A stretch of DNA of 64,000 nt, from IMG/VR virus record IMGVR_UViG_3300020576_006967, positions 64,001 through 128,000 of that record. The stretch is one strand, 5' to 3'. The notes beneath the pieces are model-generated. The model was not told the origin of the DNA. It saw only the letters and a list, made by a program, of their open reading frames with translations, and did not search any database. Position numbers and translations under genes: made by a program. This DNA comes from a virus. Its lineage: Duplodnaviria > Caudoviricetes. Below are positions 47,921-57,998 of this stretch, in pieces; the first letter of the stretch is position 1, and each line of letters begins with the position of its first letter.

Positions 47921-48745
47921 ATGGAAGCCACAAAAACAAAAATAATTAAGCTGGGTTACCAGGCACCAAAAGGTTATAGAATTAATCGTGGTTTTATGAC
48001 CATTGGAATCAAAGACATGCACTATTGTTATTCGCATGATTTTTGGTTTGATAAAGAGGAACAAAGTCGTTTGTTGCATTTTGGACAACCGTGTTTTTAT
48101 ACAGATGGATATGTAGAAGGTAGACATAATTATTATGGCGAGGGAAGTATGTTGTGGGCAAGACGTAAGGGTTTTACTTTAAAGAAAGCGCTTAGACTTA
48201 TTAAAAAAACCAAAAACATTCCTGTTGGAACCATTGTAAATATTGAGCACAACCAATACGCCACAAGCAAGAAAGGTAAAACTGTAAGTTTGGGTTATAA
48301 ATATAGAGTTAGGAAAGAAAACACATTTGACCCTAAGTACGAGGTTTCAAGACCAAGTTATTTTAAAAATTTCAACACCGATCAAAAAGCTAAAGAACTT
48401 ACAGATTTGTTAAGAGCCAACGGGTTTTTAGTAAGTGTTTCAAATAAAAACCCAAATTTCATTTCTTCGCTGATTTCAACCGCAGCCTCTTATAAAGGTT
48501 CTCACATAGATGTACAAGAAGAAGAGGGTGAAACAGCTGTTGCATACGGTCACGGTCTTAGAGTTGGTTATTCTTCAAACAAAGATAGTTATTATGGGTA
48601 TTCAAACGGTTGTGAATTAGTTTTGTACGATAAATGGGACGAGTTTGACAAATGGAGTAGATGTAATGGAATTAAAAAAGACGTTCCAAACGAAGAAATT
48701 GTAAGACTACTTATTGAATATTCTAAAACCACACATGAACAATAA
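47921..48745 (+). CDS. Hypothetical protein
   Basis: ORF track. Confidence 0.6.
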   Translation: MEATKTKIIKLGYQAPKGYRINRGFMTIGIKDMHYCYSHDFWFDKEEQSRLLHFGQPCFYTDGYVEGRHNYYGEGSMLWARRKGFTLKKALRLIKKTKNIPVGTIVNIEHNQYATSKKGKTVSLGYKYRVRKENTFDPKYEVSRPSYFKNFNTDQKAKELTDLLRANGFLVSVSNKNPNFISSLISTAASYKGSHIDVQEEEGETAVAYGHGLRVGYSSNKDSYYGYSNGCELVLYDKWDEFDKWSRCNGIKKDVPNEEIVRLLIEYSKTTHEQ

Positions 48746-50000
48746 ATTATCAAAAATTGCCAAAGGCATAATCGGATCAGAGATTGTAAAAATCTCAAAT
48801 GAAATAAACGAAAAGAAAAGAAATGGTGAACAAGTTTTCAATTTAACTATTGGAGATTTTGACCCACAACATTTTCCAATTCCAGAAACATTAAGATATC
48901 AAATACTAAAGGCCTATTCTGATGGAAATACAAATTATCCACCAGCTGATGGCGTTTTAGAACTTAGAGAAGCAGTAAGCAAGTTTCATGAAATGCAGGG
49001 TTTAAAATTTGATCCAACTGAAATTTTAATTGCTGGCGGAGCAAGGCCAATCATATATAGCATTTATAAGGCCATTGTAGACCCAGGTGATAAAGTTGTT
49101 TTTGCTACACCTTCGTGGAATAACAATCACTACACTTATCTTTCTTGCGGAATTCCAGTTATAATTGAAACAACGCCAGAAAACAACTTTATGCCATCTG
49201 CTAAAGATATTGAGCCATTTATTGGCGATGCTGCGCTTATAGCCCTTTGTTCCCCTCAAAATCCTACTGGAACAATGTTTACAAAAATAGGCTTAAGAGA
49301 TATTTGCGTGTTGATTCTTGAAGAAAATGCAAAAAGAAAAGCAGAAGATAAAAAACCAGTTTATTTAATGTATGATCAAATTTATTGGTTGTTAACAAGT
49401 AATGGTTTAGAGCATTATGACCCAGTTAGTCTATTTCCTGAGATGAAAGAATATACCATTTATGTTGATGGTATTTCTAAGTCGTTATCTGCAACTGGTA
49501 TTCGTGTTGGTTGGGGTATGGGTCCAAAGTTTATCATAGACAAGATGAAGGCCATATTAACTCACGTTGGTGCCTGGGCACCAAAAGCAGAACAAGTCGC
49601 TGTTGCAAAATATTTGCAGCTGCAGGAAACTGTAACAAAAGATATTGAAAAACAAAACAATAGAATAAGTTTAAGAGTTGAGAAGTTTGCTAACGGATTT
49701 GTTGATCTTGCTATGAAAGGTTATAACGTTGATGTAATCACGCCTCAAGGCGCTATTTATTTATCTGTTAAGTTTGCTCTTAAAGGTTTAATAAAAGAAA
49801 ATGGTGAAGTTCTACAAACCACATCAGATGTTACCATGTATTTACTTGATGAAGCGAAGATGGCCATTGTACCATTTTATGCTTTTGGATCTTCTACAGA
49901 ATCCGATTGGTACAGAGTATCTATTGGCACATGTTCATTAGAAGATATAGATACTGTTTTCATTAAACTTGAGGAATCTCTTTTAAAGTTAAAAAAATAA
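48735..50000 (+). CDS. PLP-dependent aminotransferase class I/II (aspartate aminotransferase-like)
   Basis: Y....G..ELR, SPQNPTG, DQIY, GISKSLSATGIRVGW. Confidence 0.88.
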   Translation: MNNKLSKIAKGIIGSEIVKISNEINEKKRNGEQVFNLTIGDFDPQHFPIPETLRYQILKAYSDGNTNYPPADGVLELREAVSKFHEMQGLKFDPTEILIAGGARPIIYSIYKAIVDPGDKVVFATPSWNNNHYTYLSCGIPVIIETTPENNFMPSAKDIEPFIGDAALIALCSPQNPTGTMFTKIGLRDICVLILEENAKRKAEDKKPVYLMYDQIYWLLTSNGLEHYDPVSLFPEMKEYTIYVDGISKSLSATGIRVGWGMGPKFIIDKMKAILTHVGAWAPKAEQVAVAKYLQLQETVTKDIEKQNNRISLRVEKFANGFVDLAMKGYNVDVITPQGAIYLSVKFALKGLIKENGEVLQTTSDVTMYLLDEAKMAIVPFYAFGSSTESDWYRVSIGTCSLEDIDTVFIKLEESLLKLKK

Positions 50001-50055
50001 AATCATGCAAGAACAGAAAAAAAGAATTAGTTTCACCTGATTTAATTTATTAGTT

Positions 50056-50367
50056 ATGATAAGAAGAGCTATTTTATTTACTGGTTATAGATTTACAATT
50101 CTTGGCAACGACCACATGGAAAGCCACGATTGGAATTTACAAAGAGAACTAGGTAAAGGTGTTGCATATCCATACAACAAAAGAGGTGGATTGATGTATA
50201 TTATTTTTCCAGGCGATCCTAGTGAAGATGAAATAACGGAGTTAATAAAAAAAATTGAAGTTATTTGCAATTTTAAATACTATGATTCAAAAGAAGAACA
50301 GTATCAGGCTCAATATGAATTGAATTTAAAATCTATGTTTGGTGACAAACTTGTTATTAAAGAATGA
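50056..50367 (+). CDS. Hypothetical protein
   Basis: ORF track. Confidence 0.5.
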   Translation: MIRRAILFTGYRFTILGNDHMESHDWNLQRELGKGVAYPYNKRGGLMYIIFPGDPSEDEITELIKKIEVICNFKYYDSKEEQYQAQYELNLKSMFGDKLVIKE

Positions 50368-50642
50368 CAATAAAAACTCATTCTAGCTGGTTTGTATACA
50401 TTGTTAGGTGTGGAGATGGAAGTTTATACACTGGAATAACAAACGATCTTAAAAAACGAATTAAAGCACACCAGGAAGGAAAAGGCGCAAAGTATACAAG
50501 AGGAAGAAATCCAATTGTACTATTGACAAGTTTTGAATTTGAAAACAAATCGCTAGCAGCCAAAGAAGAATATAGAATAAAAAAATTAACAAGACCACAA
50601 AAAGAAAATTTAATCAATGAGTCACAGAGTTTACATCCTTAA
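50364..50642 (+). CDS. Small GIY-YIG nuclease (UPF0213/YhbQ-like)
   Basis: FVYIVRCGDGSLYTGITNDL.KRI..H..GKGAKYTR. Confidence 0.85.
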   Translation: MTIKTHSSWFVYIVRCGDGSLYTGITNDLKKRIKAHQEGKGAKYTRGRNPIVLLTSFEFENKSLAAKEEYRIKKLTRPQKENLINESQSLHP

Positions 50643-51369
50643 AGGAAAAAATAATTATTTCAATTCAAATGAATTTGTGTCAGAGAATGCCTTTTGTGCG
50701 TTTTTTGGTTTTTCCATATTAGGCTGGGAGGTTGTACCTTTTACAGCAAATGAACACATTGATAGACTTACACGCAATGATGTTGTTGTAGCTGGATTAA
50801 GCACATTTAAAAAAAGTGTTGAGCAACTTGGCTTTAAATGCCCTGAAGAAATTGATTATCCCGAAGAACTGTCTGAGTTTTATGGTAGAAAAATGTGGAG
50901 TAGCAATTTGAAAGATATCTACTTTGATGAGACTAGTTGGCCAATCTTCATAAAGCCAAAAAGACAAAAACTTTTTACTGGCGTACACATAAAAGGACCA
51001 ATGGATGTGTCAAAATTGGGGGCAGATAAAACCGTGGATGTTTGGTGCAGCGAGCCAGTTAATTTTGTATCAGAGTGGCGTTGTTTTGTGCGTTATGGTA
51101 AAATCCTTGATGTGAGAAACTATAATGGAGATTGGAGTATAACCCCAAATAAAGCAACCGTTCTTAGAGCTATAAATGAATATGAGTCTCAGACGGCTGG
51201 ATATGGTATTGACTTTGGTGTCACGGATGATGGTAGAACATTGGTTGTAGAGGTAAATGATGGTTTTTCTTTGGGTAGTTATGGTCTGGCACCAGTAAAA
51301 TACGCCCAGATGCTTACCGCAAGATGGTTTGAACTTATGGATATTCCAGACCCTCTTCAAATAATTTAA
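50617..51369 (+). CDS. ATP-grasp protein (R2K-like clade)
   Basis: IDYPEEL, FIKP..K.FTG, SEWRCFV, DFG..VEVNDG. Confidence 0.75.
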   Translation: MSHRVYILKGKNNYFNSNEFVSENAFCAFFGFSILGWEVVPFTANEHIDRLTRNDVVVAGLSTFKKSVEQLGFKCPEEIDYPEELSEFYGRKMWSSNLKDIYFDETSWPIFIKPKRQKLFTGVHIKGPMDVSKLGADKTVDVWCSEPVNFVSEWRCFVRYGKILDVRNYNGDWSITPNKATVLRAINEYESQTAGYGIDFGVTDDGRTLVVEVNDGFSLGSYGLAPVKYAQMLTARWFELMDIPDPLQII

Positions 51370-51385
51370 ATGTTAAATTTTGCAC

Positions 51386-51411
51386 AACCTAGACAAAACG
51401 TCTAGGTTTTT
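51386..51411 (+). terminator. Intrinsic terminator
   Basis: aacctagac-aaaac-gtctaggtt followed by T run. Confidence 0.7.
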
Positions 51412-51463
51412 CTTTTATTGGTAATATATTTTATATACATTTGCCATACCAAGGTAAAAGAGT

Positions 51464-53047
51464 ATGCCAACTAAAAATTATCCATTAATAAAAAAAAGAA
51501 TATCTGAAATTCAAAAAGAACTTAAAGTTCTTAGTAAAAAAGGTATAAAAAAAGAAGTTCCAGAATATATTTCTAGAGAAATGCAAGATAATATTAGTTA
51601 TTTGGGCACTCAAATTTATAATTTTAAAAATAGCAAGGCGTTTAATTTCCATTCAATTAAAGAGAAGTTTTTTACAACCATTGGAATTGAATATACTTTT
51701 TTAAAAAGATTTAATTCAAAAGAAAAAGAAGTAGATATTTGCAACAAACTAATTAAATTATCTGACAAGCGTCAAACTTGGAACAAGCAAGTTCACGGTG
51801 ATGGCATAGATGTTATTGAGTTCGCCAGCCCAGTTCACAAAAATTGGAAAGACATGCTTGAAAATTATAGAAACACAGTAAAACTCGCCAAAGATTCTGG
51901 GCTTGTTTTAAAAAGAAAAGATTGTGGTAGTGGCGGCGGTCATATTCATATGGGTCTACCTAAGGCGTGGACTTTAGATTTTAAGTTAAGGTTTTTAAAA
52001 GTATTTTATGCAGATATAAATTTAAGGCCATATTTAAATTGGGTATTCAACGAATCTATTGATGATGGGAATGCAAGTTCTATGTTTACTGACTACAACG
52101 GTGCAAAGTTTATGATGACTCTTTTTGAACCAAGATATTTTTCAAGCGAACAAATTTATAGAGATTCTCAATATATTGATTTTAATACAATGCATAATTT
52201 ATCTACAAAAAATTTTGCACTAAGATACGACAACGAGTTTGATACAGTTGAATTAAGAATATTTGACATGATGGAAAACGAAAAAATGTTAGAAGATTAT
52301 GTTGAATTTGCCAATGCTTATTTTAGATTTATTTATTACCTAACGTTAAGAGGATATAGTTGGAACACAGAAACTTGTGAAATAGATTTGTTCAAAGAAT
52401 ACACTCCAGAAGATTATAAAAAACCGTTTTCAATACCAAATACATTATTTGACAGATTTAAAAATAAGAAAAAAACAATAGAAAGGTTTGAAAAATTTTT
52501 AGACATTTTAGGTCTAGATAAAAAAAAATATAGAAAGTACATTAAAAAAAATTATGAAGAAAGACTAAAGTTAAGCAAAGTCGGAGATGTAAAAATGGAT
52601 TACGACACAATTAAAAGTTTTGTTTGGCCTGAAAGAGTTTTTGTAAATTCAGAAGAAAACGTTGACGGTAAATATGATAATTTAAATTCTGCATCAGACC
52701 ACTCTGAAGATATAGTTGTAAATATTAGAGCAAATAACCAAGAGGACATTTCAATAGAAGCCTTTGAGGCGTTTAACGAAGTGACAACTTCTGATTCTTT
52801 AGAATCAAGCGAGGTGGCTGATAACAATTCTTCTGGTGAGGTTTTTTCAGAAAGATTAGAAGTTAGACCAGCATTAAACTCAAATCAAACACTCACAACT
52901 TCAAATGAACTCACAACTCTTAGTGGTGTCCAAGATCCATTAAGAAGGATAAGGGTTTTAAGTCGAATTATTGCAGAGGATTTATTAAAAAAAATGGAAG
53001 AAACTCCTAGGAATGGTCAAAAAATAACAATATCAACAACATGGTAG
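51464..53047 (+). CDS. Putative amidoligase (COOH-NH2 ligase, glutamine-synthetase/GCS fold)
   Basis: GIEYT, EFASP, GGHIHMG, TVELRIF. Confidence 0.65.
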   Translation: MPTKNYPLIKKRISEIQKELKVLSKKGIKKEVPEYISREMQDNISYLGTQIYNFKNSKAFNFHSIKEKFFTTIGIEYTFLKRFNSKEKEVDICNKLIKLSDKRQTWNKQVHGDGIDVIEFASPVHKNWKDMLENYRNTVKLAKDSGLVLKRKDCGSGGGHIHMGLPKAWTLDFKLRFLKVFYADINLRPYLNWVFNESIDDGNASSMFTDYNGAKFMMTLFEPRYFSSEQIYRDSQYIDFNTMHNLSTKNFALRYDNEFDTVELRIFDMMENEKMLEDYVEFANAYFRFIYYLTLRGYSWNTETCEIDLFKEYTPEDYKKPFSIPNTLFDRFKNKKKTIERFEKFLDILGLDKKKYRKYIKKNYEERLKLSKVGDVKMDYDTIKSFVWPERVFVNSEENVDGKYDNLNSASDHSEDIVVNIRANNQEDISIEAFEAFNEVTTSDSLESSEVADNNSSGEVFSERLEVRPALNSNQTLTTSNELTTLSGVQDPLRRIRVLSRIIAEDLLKKMEETPRNGQKITISTTW

Positions 53048-53295
53048 CAACAACGATAATTGGTCTAGTGTCTGGCGCTTTTACAACAGTATCGCTTATA
53101 CCTCAAATAGTAAAAATACTTAAAACAAAGGATACAAAAAGTATTTCACTTCCGATGTATGTGATTTATGTTATAGGTATTATTGGCTGGTTAATATATG
53201 GTTTTATGCTTGGAGAATTTGCACTTATATTCTCTAACTTTTTTTCTTTCTCGTTTGGATTATTGATATTGATTTTGAAACTAATTTACAAATAA
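53041..53295 (+). CDS. SemiSWEET/PQ-loop transporter
   Basis: GLVSGAFTTVSLIPQIVK..T.SIS..WLIYG..N; 3 TM. Confidence 0.85.
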   Translation: MVATTIIGLVSGAFTTVSLIPQIVKILKTKDTKSISLPMYVIYVIGIIGWLIYGFMLGEFALIFSNFFSFSFGLLILILKLIYK

Positions 53296-53323
53296 CACGT
53301 ATAAATTATACAAAACTTATAAA

Positions 53324-53680
53324 ATGTTTAAAACTGTTTTAATAAAAGGAATGCTATGGAATGGAGATTTCTTTCTAGGTAGATTTCCAAAAGAGCTTTC
53401 ATATGTGCAGCATGGCGCTCACAAAGTGGTAGCAATTCCAGCAATGCTAATGGATGATCCAAGCGTATTTAAAGAAGTGGATGATGGGGAAATTAATAAC
53501 CTACTTCCAAACGCAATGATTACTTCACCTTACACAATAAAATTCGAAGGGGCTAAATATGGAGAAGATGAAAGAGAACCTCCTTTTTTAAATTCAAAAA
53601 AACCATTTACAAAAGAAGATCAGAAAAAAATTGCCGAAGCAATGAAAACTTTACAAGCATATGGTTTATTTGGTTTTTAA
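53324..53680 (+). CDS. Hypothetical protein
   Basis: ORF after ECF motif. Confidence 0.5.
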   Translation: MFKTVLIKGMLWNGDFFLGRFPKELSYVQHGAHKVVAIPAMLMDDPSVFKEVDDGEINNLLPNAMITSPYTIKFEGAKYGEDEREPPFLNSKKPFTKEDQKKIAEAMKTLQAYGLFGF

Positions 53681-53682
53681 TT

Positions 53683-53955
53683 ATGGATGGAAGTCACAAA
53701 TTTAGAAGTGGTAAATATGAAGGCATGACAGTTGAAGATGTCATGAGAATTGACCTTGATTATTATGAGTGGGTCAAGGAAAATAAACCGATGATGCTTA
53801 GACCAAACATGAATCAAAAGTTTCAACCACAAGCTAAGCCAGAAGTAAAAATACCAAGGAAAGAACCGCCGCCAGATGATGAAGTTGTGCCAAAAAGTTC
53901 ATTAGTTGACAATACAGATTTCCTTAACCAAGGACCACACGGAAAGTTAAATTAA
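53683..53955 (+). CDS. Small protein with F..GKY.G motif
   Basis: FRSGKYEG..D..YYEW. Confidence 0.5.
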   Translation: MDGSHKFRSGKYEGMTVEDVMRIDLDYYEWVKENKPMMLRPNMNQKFQPQAKPEVKIPRKEPPPDDEVVPKSSLVDNTDFLNQGPHGKLN

Positions 53956-53965
53956 ACTATAAATA

Positions 53966-54136
53966 ATGAATAAGCAAGGAGAACACTCAGGAAAAATAGT
54001 TAGAACCAAATTGGGTGATGGCTATACTATCAATGCTGATAAACCAGTACAAGGAAAAATAGTTGTATATTTGGATGATGGTAGAAAAGTATTGTGTACT
54101 CCTGAAAAATTGAAATTTCTTGGTTTCTATGACTAG
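53966..54136 (+). CDS. Small hypothetical protein (56 aa, not in ORF track)
   Basis: MNKQGEHSGKIVRTKLGDG..GFYD. Confidence 0.5.
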   Translation: MNKQGEHSGKIVRTKLGDGYTINADKPVQGKIVVYLDDGRKVLCTPEKLKFLGFYD

Positions 54137-54224
54137 GTGACAAAAAGTCATTTAATGTCATGTTTTTTACAATGGTACATAATTTGATTATTTGATTTTG
54201 CTATAAACCAATAAACACAAAAAT

Positions 54225-54605
54225 ATGAAAAACAAAAACAATGATTCGTTTGATGATTTTTTCGAAAATCTGTTCAGTAAAGCTTTTTTAATTGGTTCTT
54301 TTAAACTAGGCAGTTTCGGGTTCAATGACGATGAGGATTCTTCTTTTCCAAAAGATGGTGATGAAAATTACCACAAAACAGAAGAGGTTACAGAAACAAG
54401 TTCTCACTCTATTAAAAAAGAGATTTGGACAAGTTTAGATGGCACACAATCATTTCAAAGAACAACCAGTCAAAGTAAAAAGACGGAAAGAGCTTTAAGT
54501 GAAGAAAAAATTAAAGAATTAAGGGATGAAGCTGTAGCTGAGCACAGATATGAAGATGCTGCAAAATACAGAGATCAGCTATTAAAACTAAAAACGGACA
54601 AATAA
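54225..54605 (+). CDS. UVR (UvrB/UvrC) motif protein
   Basis: EAVAEHRYEDAAKYRDQL. Confidence 0.7.
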   Translation: MKNKNNDSFDDFFENLFSKAFLIGSFKLGSFGFNDDEDSSFPKDGDENYHKTEEVTETSSHSIKKEIWTSLDGTQSFQRTTSQSKKTERALSEEKIKELRDEAVAEHRYEDAAKYRDQLLKLKTDK

Positions 54606-54624
54606 AACGATTGGGAGATCGTAT

Positions 54625-54653
54625 AAGCTCTAGGGTATCCTAGGGCTTTTTTT
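54625..54653 (+). terminator. Intrinsic terminator
   Basis: agctctagg-gtat-cctagggct followed by T run. Confidence 0.7.
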
Positions 54654-54699
54654 GTAAATTTTTTTTAGTTTTAACGTAAAAATTAATGTATTTATAAAC

Positions 54700-55338
54700 A
54701 TGAAATTAAAACTAATAATCATCCTGGTTTTTATAGCCAATTTATTGCTGTCTCAAAGCAAATCTAATTCAAAATACGACACAATAATTCACACACAAGC
54801 TTATACCAGCTATTTTTCCAAAAAATATTTGGCCCCAGTAGCCGTTACTTACACTTTAATAAACGCTGGCGGAAATTGTGATAGAGGTAGCTTTTATTTT
54901 AAAAACGATATTAAAGCTCTTAAAACTGCTACTGATAAAGATTATGCTATGAGTGGATATGATAAGGGACACATGGCACCAGCAGAGGCTTATGCTTATA
55001 GTTGTTTTCTTGAAGAGTTGACATTTAGGTATTATAATTGTGTGCCACAAGATCCTGCATTAAATAGAGGTCAATGGAAAGCAAAAGAAAATCAAGAAAG
55101 AAAACTATCATTAAACGATACAATAGTTGTGGTGTGTTTCAATGAATTTGGTAAAAACAAAATCGGAAACGTTGGAATCCCAGACAAATGCTATAAATTT
55201 GTTATAAGCAAATCAACTAAAAAAGTTCTTCTAGCTTTTTGTTACACAAATGTTGGAAACCCAGTCTATACAAATTTGGAAAATCAATTAGTTTTCTATA
55301 AATTTGTATTAAAATTGGGTGGATATGGAAAAAAATAG
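54700..55338 (+). CDS. Secreted DNA/RNA non-specific endonuclease
   Basis: Signal peptide; GYDKGHMAP..N.VPQ..LNRG.W..E. Confidence 0.85.
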   Translation: MKLKLIIILVFIANLLLSQSKSNSKYDTIIHTQAYTSYFSKKYLAPVAVTYTLINAGGNCDRGSFYFKNDIKALKTATDKDYAMSGYDKGHMAPAEAYAYSCFLEELTFRYYNCVPQDPALNRGQWKAKENQERKLSLNDTIVVVCFNEFGKNKIGNVGIPDKCYKFVISKSTKKVLLAFCYTNVGNPVYTNLENQLVFYKFVLKLGGYGKK

Positions 55339-55784
55339 TAATACCGACTTATATCTTTTACGAGATAATTTATTTGATTTTCCAAATTCACATGGTTTTA
55401 TGAATCGTGAAAAACCTGGACGCATCTTATGGTCTCAAGAAGAACTAGATGAAATAACAAAACAACTGGAACAAATTGAAAATGCTCCTGTTGCAATTTT
55501 GCGTAGCATTTTATTTTTCCACGCCGAACAAAAAGGTATTACTCTTAAAAAGCTAAAAGAGTTTTTTTCAGATAAGGCTATTAAACTTTTTGAAGTTGAT
55601 GGTTATGTTAAAATTGAAAAATGATGGAAGTTTTACAAGTAAATAATTGGTTAAAACAAATAGCTGTATATGATGGCTATGATCCAATTAACAATAAATT
55701 TATAAACCCACATTATAACAATCTTAAAGGTGGGTATGGCGGAAATTATACAAAAGAGTTTTTAATGTTTTTACATAAAATAAA

Positions 55785-56048
55785 ATGACAGAAGCAGATT
55801 TAGATAGTTTAGGATTTAGAGTTCTTGAAGATGAAGAGGACGATGATTGTGGTATAAGATGGGATTGGGGATCATATACATACGAAAGACCTGATGGTAG
55901 CAGACAATATTTTCCAATATTAAGGTATAATACACAAACCAAAATGGTGTTTTGCAACGCTATGGAATTTTCAAGAAAAGTGGAAAACTACAAAACAATG
56001 TTGGAAATTATTGATGCAACCAGTTTTTTAATGACGCAATATGTTTAG
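55785..56048 (+). CDS. Hypothetical protein
   Basis: ORF track. Confidence 0.5.
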   Translation: MTEADLDSLGFRVLEDEEDDDCGIRWDWGSYTYERPDGSRQYFPILRYNTQTKMVFCNAMEFSRKVENYKTMLEIIDATSFLMTQYV

Positions 56049-56436
56049 AATCATACACAATAGTTTAAAACACTTATACTACGGTTCTATATTAAATTTA
56101 TGGGCAGCAAAAATAGAGCGTTTTTTTACAACTAGATCAATAGAAAAAAACATTAAAGAAAGAGGTGACACAATTCTTTCTAACAGATCTTATATAGGGC
56201 AACATTCGACTTATACAACCAAATTACCTAAACGTAAAGATGGTTTGAACTCTTGTGAAATACATGGTGGAAAATATAAATTCCACCCATTATACACCAC
56301 ACAGCAACAAATTGACGATATATCTAAAATGTCTTCTTTTGGTAATAATAGAATCAGCGAACTTGATGCGTTATTAAAAGTGCTTATTGATGCTGAAAAT
56401 AAAGTTAGGTTAAAAAATAAAAACAATGACCTATAA
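56041..56436 (+). CDS. Hypothetical protein
   Basis: ORF track. Confidence 0.5.
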   Translation: MFRIIHNSLKHLYYGSILNLWAAKIERFFTTRSIEKNIKERGDTILSNRSYIGQHSTYTTKLPKRKDGLNSCEIHGGKYKFHPLYTTQQQIDDISKMSSFGNNRISELDALLKVLIDAENKVRLKNKNNDL

Positions 56437-56622
56437 TGTTTTATTTGTAGAAGATTGGCTTAATTTTAGTGAACCAGATGAAGAAGGTTTTATAAACCAC
56501 ATAAAAATTTTAAAAAAAGAAGGAATACCAATAAGCAGAAGAAGAATTGTGGTCTTAGCAAGAGCATACAATGTCAAGCTTCCACTAAACGAAGAAATTT
56601 CAAAAATATTACAATCAATTTT

Positions 56623-56925
56623 ATGAAAGAAAAAAAGGTATATGTTATACAATGTGAATCTGGACATTGGGACTCACACCACACATGGATTGGTGGCATT
56701 TATGATGATTTAGATTTGGCAAATTTGGATTGTAAAAAATTAAATGATAGAGCCAAAGCGGTTCAAGATAGCTGTCCAATAAAAAAGAAAATCGAGGAGA
56801 TGACAGATGAGGAAGAAGAGATTTATGATATTTGGTGGGCTAAAAACCAAGAAGCAGTAGAATGGGAAGATGCAAAAGTTAAAGATTTTGAATTAAATGA
56901 ATTATATGAAAACAGATTGGGATAA
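56623..56925 (+). CDS. Hypothetical protein
   Basis: ORF track. Confidence 0.5.
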   Translation: MKEKKVYVIQCESGHWDSHHTWIGGIYDDLDLANLDCKKLNDRAKAVQDSCPIKKKIEEMTDEEEEIYDIWWAKNQEAVEWEDAKVKDFELNELYENRLG

Positions 56926-57346
56926 AAGATTTATGGATCTTGCTGAGCATGTATCCAAATGGAGCAAAGACAGAAGAAAAAAAGTTGGCTCCGTAATAGT
57001 GGATGATGATAGAAGAGTTATTAGTATGGGGTTTAACGGCTTTGCTTCAAAGATTAACGATGATGTAGAGGAAAGGCATGTTAAGCCATTAAAAAACTTC
57101 TATGTAGAGCATGCGGAGAGAAATTCAATATATAGCGCCGCCAAATCTGGCATAGCCTTAAAGGGCACAACAATATACATTAATTGGTTTGCTTGTTCAG
57201 AATGCTGTAGGGCCATAATTCAAAGCGGTATTAAACGTGTGGTATGTATTAAACCAGATTTTGAAGATGATTCCTGGGGTGAAGCCTTCAAAGTTTCAAA
57301 ATCTATGTTCGAAGAAGCTGGGGTAGAAGTTGCTTATTTAGATTAA
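56897..57346 (+). CDS. dCMP deaminase (ComEB-like)
   Basis: WSKD..VG..GFNG..HAERN..CSECCRAIIQSGI. Confidence 0.85.
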   Translation: MNYMKTDWDKRFMDLAEHVSKWSKDRRKKVGSVIVDDDRRVISMGFNGFASKINDDVEERHVKPLKNFYVEHAERNSIYSAAKSGIALKGTTIYINWFACSECCRAIIQSGIKRVVCIKPDFEDDSWGEAFKVSKSMFEEAGVEVAYLD

Positions 57347-57353
57347 AAAAATT

Positions 57354-57998
57354 ATGAGAAAGAAAATAGAAAAGACAAATAAAGAAAAGATGTTGGATCT
57401 TTTTACGGCTTGTGTTAACAATAGGTCGTTTTATGACAATTTTTATAAAACAGAAAAAAATACCAATAAAGAAAAAATAGTATCTGGGTATCAAACAGAT
57501 GTTGCGACAAAAATAACACGTTATTGTTATGAAGATAATAGACAATCTGTAAATTTAAAAAAACTTGAAGAATGGGGGTACAAACCAGTAATACAAAAAG
57601 AAGCAAGTGTTTTATATAGCCAATCTTCTTATTTTTCAGATATTTCTATTTATTTTGAAGATTCGCCTACTTTAAAACTTACACTCATAGAAAAAGAAGT
57701 GAACAGAACTGATGATGAAAAAATAGAATTATACAAAACTTTTGAATATAGAGGTTTTTGGAAATGGATAAAATTTTTTATTCCATCTTTCGGAGATGAA
57801 GCAAGAACTGTAACTCTGATAAAAAACGAAATAGAATTTACTCACTTTTATGTTTTATCACACGGAACAATAAAAGAAGAACTAAGCCTTGAAGAAGGCA
57901 AATTATTAGCCGATATATATGAGTTAAAAATAAAAGAAGTCAATGGTCAAATTGATTTGGATAAATTAAATAAAAGAATCACACAATTTGTAAAATAA
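57354..57998 (+). CDS. Hypothetical protein
   Basis: ORF track. Confidence 0.55.
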   Translation: MRKKIEKTNKEKMLDLFTACVNNRSFYDNFYKTEKNTNKEKIVSGYQTDVATKITRYCYEDNRQSVNLKKLEEWGYKPVIQKEASVLYSQSSYFSDISIYFEDSPTLKLTLIEKEVNRTDDEKIELYKTFEYRGFWKWIKFFIPSFGDEARTVTLIKNEIEFTHFYVLSHGTIKEELSLEEGKLLADIYELKIKEVNGQIDLDKLNKRITQFVK

